Assembly (NCBI GenBank): GCA_964016885.1
Contig: OZ024758.1
Span: 15,004,001-15,068,000 of the forward strand
DNA: 64,000 nucleotides
DNA from: Eledone cirrhosa
Taxonomy: Eukaryota
Direction of reading: 5' to 3'
The position numbers and the translations under genes were made by a program. Below, piece after piece: positions 13,903-26,400 of the stretch (position 1 is its first letter; the number at the start of each line of letters is the position of its first letter). Under the pieces are notes generated by a model, which ran no database searches, was not told the DNA's origin, and saw nothing but the letters and a program-made list of their open reading frames with translations.

Positions 13903-14575
13903 ACTCAGAGAATCACTCCAGGTAGAGCCGTAACATTTGCGAATTGAGAGATCACAGCTCCCATACTATGGGCATGTCATTAGAATGTCTCAGGAAAGAA
14001 TCACTGGACAGATTTGTAGCTCAGAGATCAGAGAGTCACTCCAGGTAGAGCTGCTACTTCTCCGAATTGAGAGATCACAGCTCCAATACTACAGACATGT
14101 GGTTAAAATGTCATAGGAAAGAATCACTGGACAGATTTGTAGCTCAGAGATCAGAGAGTCACTCCAGGTAGAGCTGCTACTTCTCCGAATTGAGAGAACA
14201 CAGCTCCAATACTACAAACATGTGGTTAGAATGTCATAGGAAAGAATCACTGGACAGATTTGTAGCTCAGAGATCAGAGAGTCACTCCAGGTTGAGCTGC
14301 TACTTCTCCGAATTGAGAGATCACAGCTCCAATACTACAGACATGTGGTTAGAATGTCATAGGAAAGAATCACTGGACAGATTTTACAGGCAAAACCAAC
14401 AGGCAAGAGACCCAGGGGTAGATCCCAAACAAGATGGTTGGATAACATCCATGAGCTTGGCTGGTCTCACGTGGAAGACGGTTGCTTCTGACAGGACCTG
14501 CTGGAAGGAGTGTTTGAGGACTCTACCCCCTCAAGACCCTCTCAAGAATAAGTGGGTGAAGAAGAAGAAGAAGAG
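13903..14575 (+). pseudogene. Second RTE 3' fragment with the same 123-bp unit (about 4 copies) and (AAG)n tail
   Basis: Units at 14017, 14140, 14263 plus a partial first unit; ends GTGAAGAAGAAGAAG; fused at its 5' end to a SINE piece through CTCAGAG. Confidence 0.85.
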
Positions 14576-15615
14576 CAGAGAGCTGAAATAAATTCCATAA
14601 AACATTCTATCTGATGTTCTAATGATTCTGCCAATTCTCCTCCCTATAAAAAGTGTAAAATTACTAAACTCAAGCTAAGAAAGTTTTTCATTTTTAAAAC
14701 AGACAAATAATACCTCATGCTATTAAGATATATTGGATATAAGTTTTCAATAAATCATTATTATCTTTTTTTATATATTTGAATTCATTTTCTATAACAG
14801 TATACATCATTTCTGTAAATGTCACAAACAGATGGCGTAAATCTAAAGGATCCCTCTCTCTCTCTCTCTCTCCCTTTCTCCCCCTTACTTCCTCTTTCTC
14901 CCTCTCTCTCTCTCTCCCTCCCTCTCTCCCCACCCCTCTCTCTGCCTTCTCTCTCTTTCCTGTCTTTCCCTGTCTTTATATATATATTCTCTCTCTGTCT
15001 TTCGCTGTCTTTATATATATATATATTTTTTTTGGGGGGGGGGGGGGGGGGGGGGGGGTAATTTTCTTCCTCAATTTTGAATCAGTTTGAGAATTTCTTT
15101 AGAACTGCTAGAATAGCAACCTGGCACCTACCTCAAGCACTGATGGTGATTATCGCTAAATACTGATGTTGATTTGATTATCAATATTAGTATTATTGGG
15201 CACCCAATGAAGAATTATAAGAGCCCCACTTGAATAAGTATCTGTTGATCTTATAAAAGCTTCTACATAAATTGGTATAATTTCATCCAAATTGTAGGAA
15301 TCTTATAATGAAATAATACAGCCAATTTTCCACACAATACAATTAGTTATCACCCCGAACGTTTAATTAGGAATATACTCTATATACAAATAGAGTTAAT
15401 AACTCATATAGATACCCTGCATATTAACAAGCTCAAAGTATAAATACTGAGCATTATAATATTAATATGTGTAGAAGTAAACACAGTAAACCCGTGTCTA
15501 AAATTACGAGGGTAGATTACACCACAAATGTTATATATCTTTCAACCTGAATCATATGGGATTTTACAAGATTTCTTACAAGATTTCTCATACATACCAT
15601 ATCAATAACCATTTC

Positions 15616-15707
15616 ATCTCCTGGACAGACTAAAGATTTAATCTGTTTCGCCCTGAATGAATTGTGTTTGTAACAAGTAATCCGTAGGCATTTTGTCAGC
15701 GAGAGAT
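15616..15707 (-). ncRNA. Degenerate hammerhead motif with long stem III (family H5)
   Basis: ATCTCTCG-CTGACAA-..GCCT/AGGGC-GAAA-CAGATTAAA TC TTTAGTCTG-TC^-CAGGAGAT; core G8A change. Confidence 0.6.
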
Positions 15708-15963
15708 AAGATTATATAAGATTACATAACACCCACAACAATAAACTCACTAAAGTTTACACCTCGTGCGTTGAAAGTCATATGCAGTGCGAGTGGTTAT
15801 GCTAGAAATAATAGCCTCGTAATTTTAGACACGGGTTTACTGTGTTTACTGTGTTTACTTCTACACATATTAATATGAATATATATATATATATTTATAT
15901 ATATGAAAGACGTAAAATAAGAAAATTTTAAAAATTAAAAATCAACTTACTTACTAAAATTTT

Positions 15964-16050
15964 CAGTCCAACTAATAAGTTTCTGTAATGGGATAAATAT
16001 AGTTACATAATATATATAACTATAGAGAATTCATTACGTCATCAGGGAGT
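15964..16050 (-). ncRNA. Hammerhead motif with long stem II (family H6)
   Basis: ACTCC-CTGATGA-CGTAATG..CATTACA-GAAA-CTTATTAG-TT^-GGACT; the inverted partial copy at 16392-16432 reads GAAA-CTAATTAG-TA. Confidence 0.6.
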
Positions 16051-16448
16051 CTATTCTCAGCTAAGTTCCCAGGCAATGTGCAGACACTAGGAACCCATAT
16101 AAAAATAATAATTCAGTAGATGGAACGAAGCTAGCGTGGACTAAATTCCGGAGCACTGAAAAAGTTTTCCTGCCTCTGGTCAGTGGCAGATTCTAAAGAA
16201 TCAATCACGTGACACCGAGGTTAATCAGTTAGGAGCGGGGTGGTATTATGACAAGAGCCTACTACTACCATGAAACAGCAGTAAATTTTGGCCAGTTTTG
16301 CTCAACAAATAATTTGGAGATAAATATAGAGAATTAGTACATCTACCAACATATGTGTACAGATGTACACTAATGCTAGCAAATATATAAGTTATGTAAC
16401 TATATTTATCCCATTACAGAAACTAATTAGTACCAGTAATGGGATAAA

Positions 16449-16752
16449 TAAGTACCAGTAATGTACTGGGTAATTGCTGGCCTTGTGCCAAAAGTAGGAA
16501 GGATGCAATAAAGTACCAGTAATGTACTGGTTAATTGCTGGCCTTGTGCCAAAAGTAGGAAGGATGCAATAAAGTACCAGTAATGTACTGGGTAATTGCT
16601 GGCCTTGTGCCAAAAGTAGGAAGGATGCAATAAAGTACCAGTAATGTACTGGGTAATTGCTGGCCTTGTGCCAAAAGTAGGAAGGATGCAATAAAGTACC
16701 AGTAATGTACTGGGTAATTGCTGGCCTTGTACCAAAAGTAGAAACAATTATT
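16449..16752 (+). repeat. 61-bp tandem of the SINE A 3' end (5 units)
   Basis: AGTACC at 16451, 16512, 16573, 16634, 16695. Confidence 0.95.
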
Positions 16753-16883
16753 ATTGTTTGTGTGTGGTGGTGGTGGTGGTGGGAAGGATGGTAATGATGA
16801 TGATGATGGTGGTGATGGTGGTGATGATGATGAATATGGAGCAAAGATTTGGCAAGACCATTTAAAATGGATATAACTGATGA

Positions 16884-16921
<38 letters not shown>

Positions 16922-16988
16922 CATATATATATATGTATATATACACATATATATGAATATATACACACATATATATATATGTATATAT

Positions 16989-17069
16989 GATGGCTGCCCC
17001 CTCGTTATCGAGTATGGCCATTGCACAATAAAAAAAAAAAAAATAAAAAAATAAAAAAAAATAAAAAAA

Positions 17070-17151
<82 letters not shown>

Positions 17152-17165
17152 AAAAAAAAAAAAAG

Positions 17166-17198
<33 letters not shown>

Positions 17199-17320
17199 TA
17201 TACATATATATATATATACACATATATATACACACACACATACATACACATACATACATATATACACACACACATACATACACATACACTCACACATATA
17301 TACACACATACATTAATAAC

Positions 17321-17357
<37 letters not shown>

Positions 17358-17436
17358 GCAATAATAATAATAACGACAACAACAATAATAATATACATAT
17401 TCATATATATATACACACACACGCACGCACATAAGC

Positions 17437-17480
<44 letters not shown>

Positions 17481-20400
17481 GATAGCAACTAACAGTGCTG
17501 CGATCGAATGTGGCTTTTTAGCCCAGCCAATGATCCAAAATGTCTTGCACAGAGTCGGCAACCAAAACATTTACTGGGAATAGTCGGCTGTGGTTGGAGT
17601 TCGTGTACTTTTGCATGTCGCTTGAGTCCTCCTGCTGATTTACATTCTCTACCACATGTTTGGCAAGCATGATGAGTAGCATCTCCAACAGCAGCCTGGT
17701 AGTCAACCACTGGTCTTACTTTATGACTGCGAAGATGACTTTCGAGTCCAGCTTTGCTTAGGCAGAGTCTCGCACAGACGCTGCATGTCAGAAACATAGG
17801 AGGACCCTCGCCGTCTGGAAGTGCAACAGCAATACCCTTCCTCACGTCCCGCTTTACTTTCTCGTGTGCGATTCGAGATGCCTCAAAGGCAACTTTTCCC
17901 TCATATACAGTCTTTCTCCATTTATTACGATCAGCAGCAACATTTTCCCATGTATCAGCAGAGATGTTAGCGTCTCTCAGAGAGGCCTTCAAGGAATCCT
18001 TATACCTCTTTTTTGGTTTATGTGGCGGTCGTTTTCCTTTAACCAACTCTCCATAGAAGAGTTGTTTTGGTATTCTAGAATCCTTCATCCTGGCAAGGTG
18101 ACCACTCCAACGGAGTCGCTGCTTAAGCACAAGAGCTTCTATACTGTCACACATAGAGCTTTCCAAAATTTCGACATCACTGATGTGGTCCCTCCAGTGA
18201 ACGCCATGTATCCGTCTGAGACACATCTGATGGAAACGCTCCAATTGCTTAAGGTGGCGTCGATATGTGACCCAGGTCTCGCAGGCATAAAGAAGACAAG
18301 AGAGTACACATGCCCTGTACACCTTTACCTTTGTCCTCCTGCATATGTCTCGCCGACCCCAGAGTCGCCTTTCTAGCTTTCCGAAAGCATCACTTGCTTT
18401 CCTAATCCTAAGTGAGATTTCACTGTCAAGGTTGCCGTATCGATTGACAGTGCTTCCCAGGTAGACAAACTGATCAACCACTCCAAGTCGTTTGCCATAC
18501 ACATAGATGTTTGGTTCAGTGTACTGCCTACCAGGTGCAGGTTGGTACATGACGACGGTTTTCTTGAGACTGACAGTCAAACCCAGGGCAGTGCAAGCGT
18601 CAGAAAATACATTCAAAATGTGCTGCATATCACTCTCTGTGTGCGCTACAAGATCGCAATCATCTGCATACAAGAGGTCTCTTATGACTGATGTAAATAC
18701 TTTTGTCTTCGCAGCAAAGCGCCTGATGTTAAATATGCTGCCTGAGGTTCGATATCGGATGTAAACACCATGCTCGCAATTCCTGAATGCAATACAGAAA
18801 ACCATTGCAAAGTATATGGCAAACAGGGTCGGTGCTGGAATATCCCCCTGTTTCACTCCATTTTTTACTGAGATAGGCTCCGACATGTTACCTCCGACAT
18901 TAACCCAAGCCTTCATGTCGTCATGGAAAGACCTAACTAAAGCAAGGAACTTATCAGGGCAACCAAGTTTCTGGAGAACCTTCCATAATGCATCTCTGTT
19001 GACAGTATCGAAAGCCTTTGTCAGATCGACAAAAACCTGATACAGATCCAAGCCCTGTTCAATGCACCTCTCCTGGAGCTGTCTAGCTGAGAAGATCATA
19101 TCAGTAGTGCCGCGTCCAACACGAAAACCAGATTGACTTTCAGGAAGGACACAATCTGCAATGTGTGTCAGCAGACGGTCCAGAAGCACCCTACATAAAA
19201 CTTTCCCCACGACAGAAAGCAATGATATACCTCTGTAGTTCCCACAATCATTCCTGTTACCCTTTCCCTTGTACAAGACCACCATTACTGCATCTCTCCA
19301 GTCCTCAGGCACGGATTCATTAGCCCATATCCTTCCAAACAGAGAGTGAAGATGTTGCAGGAGTCTCTCACCACCATATTGTAGGAGCTCAGCATGTATG
19401 CCATCCATACCTGGAGATCTTCCACTGTTCAGCTTCGAAATAGCCACTGCAACCTCCACAAGTGTCGGAGGCTCTGCGAGAGCTACTTTCACAGGACTTT
19501 CTGGAATGAGATTGAGGAAATCTTCACTGACGACAGACGGCTGATTCAAAAGATCATCAAAGTGCTCTCGCCACCTTCGTAGAATTCCCTGTGAGTCACG
19601 AAGAAGTTCTTTGCCATCCCTGCTGCGAATCGGTGTCACCAGAGAAGAAGACGGTCCATAAACCTCACGCAAGAGACTGTACAACAGCTTTGTGTTATTG
19701 CAATCAGACGCAGTTTGTATCTCACCAGCCTTCTCACTCCACCACTGATCCTTCATCTGAGAAAGACTCCGCCTAACACGTGATTTTACATCCCTGAGCT
19801 CCTCATGCAACGTATTCCTCTCCTGTGGTCTTGCCGTCAAGTAGCGTGACAGAGCGCGCCTCTTATCAGCCAACAAGTCATCTATATGCACATCTTTCTC
19901 ATTAAACCAGTCCTGATGTTTTCTCTGCACCAATCCCAGAACACGTCTGCCTACATCATAAACCGACTTTTTAAGGGTCGGCCAATCCTCACCAAGATCT
20001 GCAGCCTGCATCTCTTCTTCCAATGTCCTCTTCACATTTTTATCCTTAAGACGAGCAGCATTCAATCTTTTGGGCAGGGTAACACCAGGAGCCCGGATTT
20101 TACGTTTGGTGATTAGATTCACTTTTGCGCGTACCAGGCGGTGGTCCGTCCAGCACTCAGCTCCACGAAGAACACGAACACACCGCACATCCTGTCTGTC
20201 ACGCATCCTGACTAGGACGTAGTCCAAAAGATGCCATTCCTTAGATGCAGGATGCATCCATGTGGTCTTGAATTTGTTCTTTTGTTGGAACATGGTGTTG
20301 GTAACACACAGATCCAGCTCCTCACACATCTGCAGCAAGAGCATACCATTGCTGTTACACTTTCCCACCCCATGCCTTCCGATTACATTCCATGTGTTAA

Positions 20401-21043
20401 AATCCCTACCCACTCTAGCATTAAAGTCACCAAGCACGATGACTTTGTCTGCCTGAGGGATATTTCTTAAAACACCTTTCAAGGCATGGTAAAAGGACAG
20501 TTTTTCTTCATCGACAGAATTCATAGTTGGAGCATACACACTCACCAGGGTAGCATATCTTCCCTTGTCCAGCGGAACTCTCATGGACATAAGACGCTCA
20601 CTAATCCCCACTGGGAATTCTTCTAATTTATTCACCAGTACAGTCTTAACAGCAAATCCTACCCCAGCCTCTCTTCTGGTTCCTTCATCTCTTCCTTTCC
20701 AGAAGAATGTATATTCTCCACAAAATTCCGTAAGATGACCATCTCCAGCTAACCTCGTCTCAGACAAAGCCACGATGTCAAGATCGTAACGTCGAAGCTC
20801 CTTCGCAACAAGAGCGGTCCTTCGTTCAGGACGCTCCAAAGAATCCCTGTCAAGCAGCGTCCGTACGTTCCAGCAGCCAAGACTAAATGCCCTGTTTGGC
20901 TCTATTACAATGGCACGATGACGGGCGGGCCCAGGTTGTGATAACTTGGGGCCCCTGCCCTTATTGCCAATGATCTCTTTTGTTCCAGAACCCAAATTGG
21001 CAATTATCTCGTTTACATTGTTCTGGAACATCATTGAATTGGG

Positions 21044-21076
<33 letters not shown>

Positions 21077-21410
21077 TAATAATAGTAATAATAATAATAA
21101 TAATAATACACTATTAATAATTATTAATGCACTCGTGCAATGCCTGTGCGTGACGAATATTTTTAAAGTGAGGAAAGACTGTGCACTGAACCAATCCCAC
21201 TCTCTGAGCGACAGTAGCTATAACCCGAAAAGAAGAAAAGATCAACATCATCGGTAACTACTGAGCCGCAGGTTTTATATCGGAGTTAACCCAGTTTCCT
21301 GAGATGCCTTCTCCTAGAAGAATACCCTGACATGGGCTAGGGGTTCTTCACTCCCAGTGGTTTAACTGCGCGATCGGGCATCCAGCCCGATTATTTCTAT
21401 GTCCCCGCGC
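16989..21410 (-). mobile_element. Near full-length RTE LINE (element RTE-1) including UTRs
   Basis: ORF above. 5' UTR about 21130-21410. 3' tail GGCCATACTCGATAACGAGGGGGCAGCCATC (CTCG/CGAG stem-loop) near 16989-17020. Both UTRs are split by microsatellites. No TSD resolvable in the (TA)n flanks. Confidence 0.85.
17489..21034 (-). CDS. RTE-clade LINE polyprotein: APE endonuclease + reverse transcriptase + three C-terminal C2H2 zinc fingers (1181 aa, uninterrupted)
   Basis: APE motifs WNVRTL, ALSETR, VYAPT, LGDFNA, LDYVL, TDH. RT motifs NYRGISLL, QSGFR, FVDLTKAFD, GVKQG, LLYADD, YLGS. C-terminal fingers CSVC..HLRSH, CQTC..HAKVH, CRLC..HIRSQH. Confidence 0.97.
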   Translation of the reverse strand: MMFQNNVNEIIANLGSGTKEIIGNKGRGPKLSQPGPARHRAIVIEPNRAFSLGCWNVRTLLDRDSLERPERRTALVAKELRRYDLDIVALSETRLAGDGHLTEFCGEYTFFWKGRDEGTRREAGVGFAVKTVLVNKLEEFPVGISERLMSMRVPLDKGRYATLVSVYAPTMNSVDEEKLSFYHALKGVLRNIPQADKVIVLGDFNARVGRDFNTWNVIGRHGVGKCNSNGMLLLQMCEELDLCVTNTMFQQKNKFKTTWMHPASKEWHLLDYVLVRMRDRQDVRCVRVLRGAECWTDHRLVRAKVNLITKRKIRAPGVTLPKRLNAARLKDKNVKRTLEEEMQAADLGEDWPTLKKSVYDVGRRVLGLVQRKHQDWFNEKDVHIDDLLADKRRALSRYLTARPQERNTLHEELRDVKSRVRRSLSQMKDQWWSEKAGEIQTASDCNNTKLLYSLLREVYGPSSSLVTPIRSRDGKELLRDSQGILRRWREHFDDLLNQPSVVSEDFLNLIPESPVKVALAEPPTLVEVAVAISKLNSGRSPGMDGIHAELLQYGGERLLQHLHSLFGRIWANESVPEDWRDAVMVVLYKGKGNRNDCGNYRGISLLSVVGKVLCRVLLDRLLTHIADCVLPESQSGFRVGRGTTDMIFSARQLQERCIEQGLDLYQVFVDLTKAFDTVNRDALWKVLQKLGCPDKFLALVRSFHDDMKAWVNVGGNMSEPISVKNGVKQGDIPAPTLFAIYFAMVFCIAFRNCEHGVYIRYRTSGSIFNIRRFAAKTKVFTSVIRDLLYADDCDLVAHTESDMQHILNVFSDACTALGLTVSLKKTVVMYQPAPGRQYTEPNIYVYGKRLGVVDQFVYLGSTVNRYGNLDSEISLRIRKASDAFGKLERRLWGRRDICRRTKVKVYRACVLSCLLYACETWVTYRRHLKQLERFHQMCLRRIHGVHWRDHISDVEILESSMCDSIEALVLKQRLRWSGHLARMKDSRIPKQLFYGELVKGKRPPHKPKKRYKDSLKASLRDANISADTWENVAADRNKWRKTVYEGKVAFEASRIAHEKVKRDVRKGIAVALPDGEGPPMFLTCSVCARLCLSKAGLESHLRSHKVRPVVDYQAAVGDATHHACQTCGRECKSAGGLKRHAKVHELQPQPTIPSKCFGCRLCARHFGSLAGLKSHIRSQHC

Positions 21411-21549
21411 AAAAAAAAAAAAAAAAAAAAAAAATTACTTATTGACACTTATACGTACGACATACACACACACGCATACATATGCGTGCACACAGCAACA
21501 CTCACACACACAACAAACACACACACACGCTACTCTACTCACTTACACG

Positions 21550-21613
<64 letters not shown>

Positions 21614-21651
21614 ATGAAATATAAGAATCAAAGAACTGTTCAAAACATTAT

Positions 21652-21703
21652 TGTGCTTACAGCTGTTTCCTCCAAACCGAGGTTTGGATTCTTCGGAGCA
21701 ATT
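21652..21703 (-). ncRNA. Hammerhead motif with a U4C core change (family H4)
   Basis: TGCT-CCGAAGA-ATCCAAACC/GGTTTGGAG-GAAA-CAGCTG-TA^-AGCA. Confidence 0.7.
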
Positions 21704-22084
21704 TATTAATGCATGGACAGTTATATGACCTCCTTTTCAGCCGAGAGACATACCAACACATATTCAAACATTGATACATATTCAAACATTGTGGGTCAAC
21801 ATTCATTACAGAATTTAGAGTGGCAGTACACACTTCGAGATTACATTTATATTAATAGGTACAATCAAAAATCAAAGATATAGGTTATATATATATATAT
21901 ATGTATATATACACACATATATATATACATGTATATATACGCACATATATATATGTATATATACATATATATGTATATATATACATATATATGTAGATAT
22001 ATACATATATATATGTATATATACACATTTATATATATGTATATATGTACATATATATACACATATATACATATATGTATATAC

Positions 22085-22115
<31 letters not shown>

Positions 22116-22152
22116 TATAAATGTATATATATATACATATATATATGCACAC

Positions 22153-22185
<33 letters not shown>

Positions 22186-22210
22186 CATATATATATGTGT
22201 ATATATATAT

Positions 22211-22800
22211 ATGGTGACTGCCAACTCGTTTTCGAGTACGGCCACTACTTTATATCAATGTAGGAGAACCCCCACCGATGCGCTGAACGAATGTAACTTT
22301 AGTCCAGCCAGCGACTTGAAAACTCTGGTACAAACACTACACCTGTGACAATTATTGACACATAGTGCAGGGCCCATGGTACCATGTGACGACAAGGGCA
22401 GAGAGATCTCCAGATACAAAGCAATGCCTGTGCCGTGAAGCTTTTATAGTGAGCAAAGGCACTGCACAAAGCCAGTCCCACTCTCTTAACCAAGATGATA
22501 TTTACCAAAAAGAAGAACAAGTCAACATCATTGGATACCATCAGGGTTGCAGGTGTTATATCATAGTTTTCCTTCTCCTAGAATTCTGCCTTGACAAAGG
22601 CTAAGGGGTCATCTCTCCCAGTGATTTTGGATGGCCATTGACTCTTAAGAGCTCCTTTGCCCTTTGACAGGTTTTGTTTTTAGTTCTGCAGGATGTCCAA
22701 AGTCACCCTCCTCACCAAGAAACCTTGGTGGGGTTGCCAGTTTAGTTGCCAACGACCCGACCATGAGACAGGTTGTACTGGGATACATGTTACCTGTCTC
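22211..22800 (-). mobile_element. Non-autonomous bipartite RTE derivative (5' UTR + 3' tail, no ORF)
   Basis: 22420-22625 aligns by eye with the RTE-1 5' UTR (21137-21360). 22211-22245 matches the RTE-1 3' tail (GGCCGTACTCGAAAACGAG). Flanked by (TA)n on both sides. Confidence 0.8.
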
Positions 22801-22979
22801 ATATATATACACCTGTATATATATATACACATATATGTGTATATATATATATACATTTATATATATACACATATATATGTATACATATACATACATATAC
22901 ATAATATATACATACATGCATATATACACACACACACACATATATATATACATATGCACACACATACACCCCCCCCCCC

Positions 22980-23095
<116 letters not shown>

Positions 23096-23425
23096 TTTTT
23101 TTTCATGACGTTATTATTGTTAATTTTACTGATGTAGTATTAACTTGGATATTTACCATGCGACCCTCAGTTCCTACCTCACAATTTCCCTCCCCCCCCA
23201 CCCCCACACACCACCATAGTCTATTCGACCAATCAAACCTAGCATGCCATTTCCACTGCTGCTGCTGCTGCTACTACCTGCCTAACTAACTCTCTCCTCC
23301 TCTGGCGCATCCCAACACACCCTGCCATTACCCCACCACCACTGTCCTTCTAGCCCTCAATTTTCCCACCGTTATGGATGGATGAGCTGGGAATACACGA
23401 GCAACTCTGAATCAATAGATGAAAT

Positions 23426-26400
23426 ATGAATCTGCGAGCTACCAAGCACCCACGTGAAGCGCCAACCCAGAGACCCTCCCCTACGAGTGTCGACAAATGC
23501 CCAAAACTCCGAGTTGGTACCATCAATGTAGGCTCAATGAAAGGAAGAGCAGGAGAAATCGTAGAAATGCTAGAGCGAAAGGAAGTTGATGTATGCTGTG
23601 TGCAAGAGACTAGATGGAGAGGAGGGTCTGCTAGAGTCCTTGTAGGAAAAAGCCAGTGCTACAAATTTTTCTGGGTGGGAAATGACGATGGGATGGGTGG
23701 TGTAGGTATACTATTAGCTGACAAGTGGGTAGATAAAGTAATCTCAGTGTACAGGGTAAATGCAAGAATCATTAAACTCAGACTAGTCCTGAATAAGACA
23801 ATTACCACAATAATATCAGCTTACGCACCCCAATCGGGGCTGCCAGACGAACTTAAGGATAGGTTTTACGAGTCCCTAATACACACTACTGCTCTAACAG
23901 ACGACAAGGACTTCCTAATCATTGCAGGAGATTTTAACGGACACGTAGGTAAACACTGCGACGGCTTCAATAGAGTACATGGAGGCCATGGAGTTGGCAC
24001 AAGGAATGAGGAAGGATTCAGACTTCTAGAATTCTGCGACGCCAATGACATGTCGATATGTAACACAAACTTTAAAAAACCCGACAACCACCTGATCACC
24101 TATAGATCAGGGGAGCACTCTAGTCAGTTAGATTTTATCCTCATCAGAGGACGTGACAGATGGACGGTCGTAAACACAAAAGCCTTCCCTAGTGAGGAAT
24201 GTACATCCCAACATAGCTTAGTTGTCAGCGACCTCACGGTCAGAACTAGACGAGCCCTGAAACAGAGGCCAACCTGGAGAAGAAAGATCTGGAAGCTGAA
24301 AGTCCCCTCAACCAGTAACAGATTTAAAGATATTTTACTCAACGCCTACGACAGTAAAGAAGAACAGATAGAGACATTTAACGTAGAAGAGAACTGGGAG
24401 TTCCTAAAAAATAACTTACTAGAGGCGACGGATGAGGTTTGTGGCTGGAGTAAGACCTCAAGCAGGAGGAGAGTGACTTGGTGGTGGAACAATAAGGTAG
24501 ATGAAGCAGTCAAGGCCAAGAGACAGGCATGGAAAGAATGGAAGAACGGGGGGAGCAGGGTACATTACATAGAGACCAAGAGGGAAGCTAGGCGACAAGT
24601 ATACTTAGCTAGGAGGGAAGCAGAGGATAGAAAATTCAAGCATGTTTTACAACGTGAGGACCAGAAACAGGAGGTATTCAAGATTGCGAGGCAGTGTGTC
24701 AGAGATAGTTGTGATGTCATTGGAGAGAAGTGTATCCGGAATGATAAAGGTGAGCTTGCCCTCACAAGTGCTGAGAAGAAAGATGCATGGAAGAGTCATT
24801 ATGATAGATTACTAAATGAGGAGAATGCATGGGAAGAAGAGACCCTACCCCACGTAGACCCTATAGAGGGACCAGCAGTACAAGTCAGCGGCAGCGTAGT
24901 AAGTAAGGCAATCAGAGATATGAAGATAGGGAAGGCAACCGGTCCATCGGGTATAGCTGCCGAGATGCTGAAGGCATCTGGGTCTGTAGGTCACACTATA
25001 ACCACACGTATCGTTAACCAGGTAATACTAGAGGGGGCCATACCAAAAGATTGGTGCAGTAGCATCATTGTCAACTGCTACAAAGGTAAAGGCGATGCAC
25101 TAGATAGAGGAAACTATAGAGGTATAAAGTTGATGGACCAGGTCATGAAAGTAACAGAAAGAGTTATAGCACAGCTGATTAGGGACCGGGTGAATATAGA
25201 CGAGATGCAATTTGGGTTTGTTCCAGGGAAAGGCACCACTGATGCGCTCTTCCTTGTGAGGCAATTACAGGAAAAGTACCTAGCTAAAAGTAAGCCACTC
25301 TACTTGGCATTTGTCGACCTTGAGAAAGCCTTTGACAGAGTTCCACGTGCAGTAATCTGGTGGGCTCTTAGAAAACTAGGAGTAGATGAATGGCTTGTGA
25401 AAGCGGTACAAGCCATGTATAGGGGAGCAGTCAGCAAAGTTAGGATTGGCAATGAGTATAGCGAGGAATTTAGCGTACAGGTTGGGGTCCACCAAGGCTC
25501 TGTTCTTAGCCCTCTCCTGTTCATCATAGTCCTGCAGGCAATAACGGAGGAGTTTAAGACCGGATGCCCATGGGAACTCCTGTATGCTGATGACCTCGCA
25601 CTCATAGCTGAATCTATGGTAGAACTAGAGAATAAATTCCAAACCTGGAAGCAGGGACTAGAGAGAAAGGGCCTCAAAGTCAACATGACAAAGACTAAGG
25701 TCCTTATAAGTAGACGAGAAAACAGAACCCAGATCCCCTCAGGGAAATGGCCTTGCTCAGTATGTAGGAAAGGTGTAGGTAGGAACTCCATTCTTTGCCC
25801 CAAATGCAAACAATGGGTACACAAGAGATGTAGCGGGATCTCAGGAAGCTTAATTAAGAATGTAGGATTCACATGCAGCAGCTGTGCTGAAACAGCAAGC
25901 AAACAGCCACAGGAAACAAGTACCACCAATCTCTGGGAGGGCCCTGTAGAAACAGTAGACAGCTTCTGCTACCTAGGTGACCGAATTAGCAACGGAGGTG
26001 GGTGCTCAGAAAGTACAATAACTAGGGTAAGAACGGGATGGAAGAAGTTTAGGGAACTACTACCACTGCTAGCTGCAAAAGGCTTCTCCCTCAGAATGAA
26101 AGGCAGACTGTATGATGCGTGTATCCGAACAGCGATGTTGCATGGTAGTGAGACCTGGGCGCTGAAGGTGGAAGACTTACGTAGATTAGAGAGAAACGAA
26201 GCCTGCATGCTCCGATGGATGTGTAACAGTAATATACGTGAACGACAAAGCATAAATGAATTGAGAGAGAGACTGAGCATAAGAGGAATCAAATGCTGCG
26301 TGCAGGAGAGGCGGTTACGCTGGTATGGACATGTGATGCGTATGAAGGATGACAGCTGCATAAAAAGGTGCAGAGCACTAGAAGTTGATGGAAACCGCGG

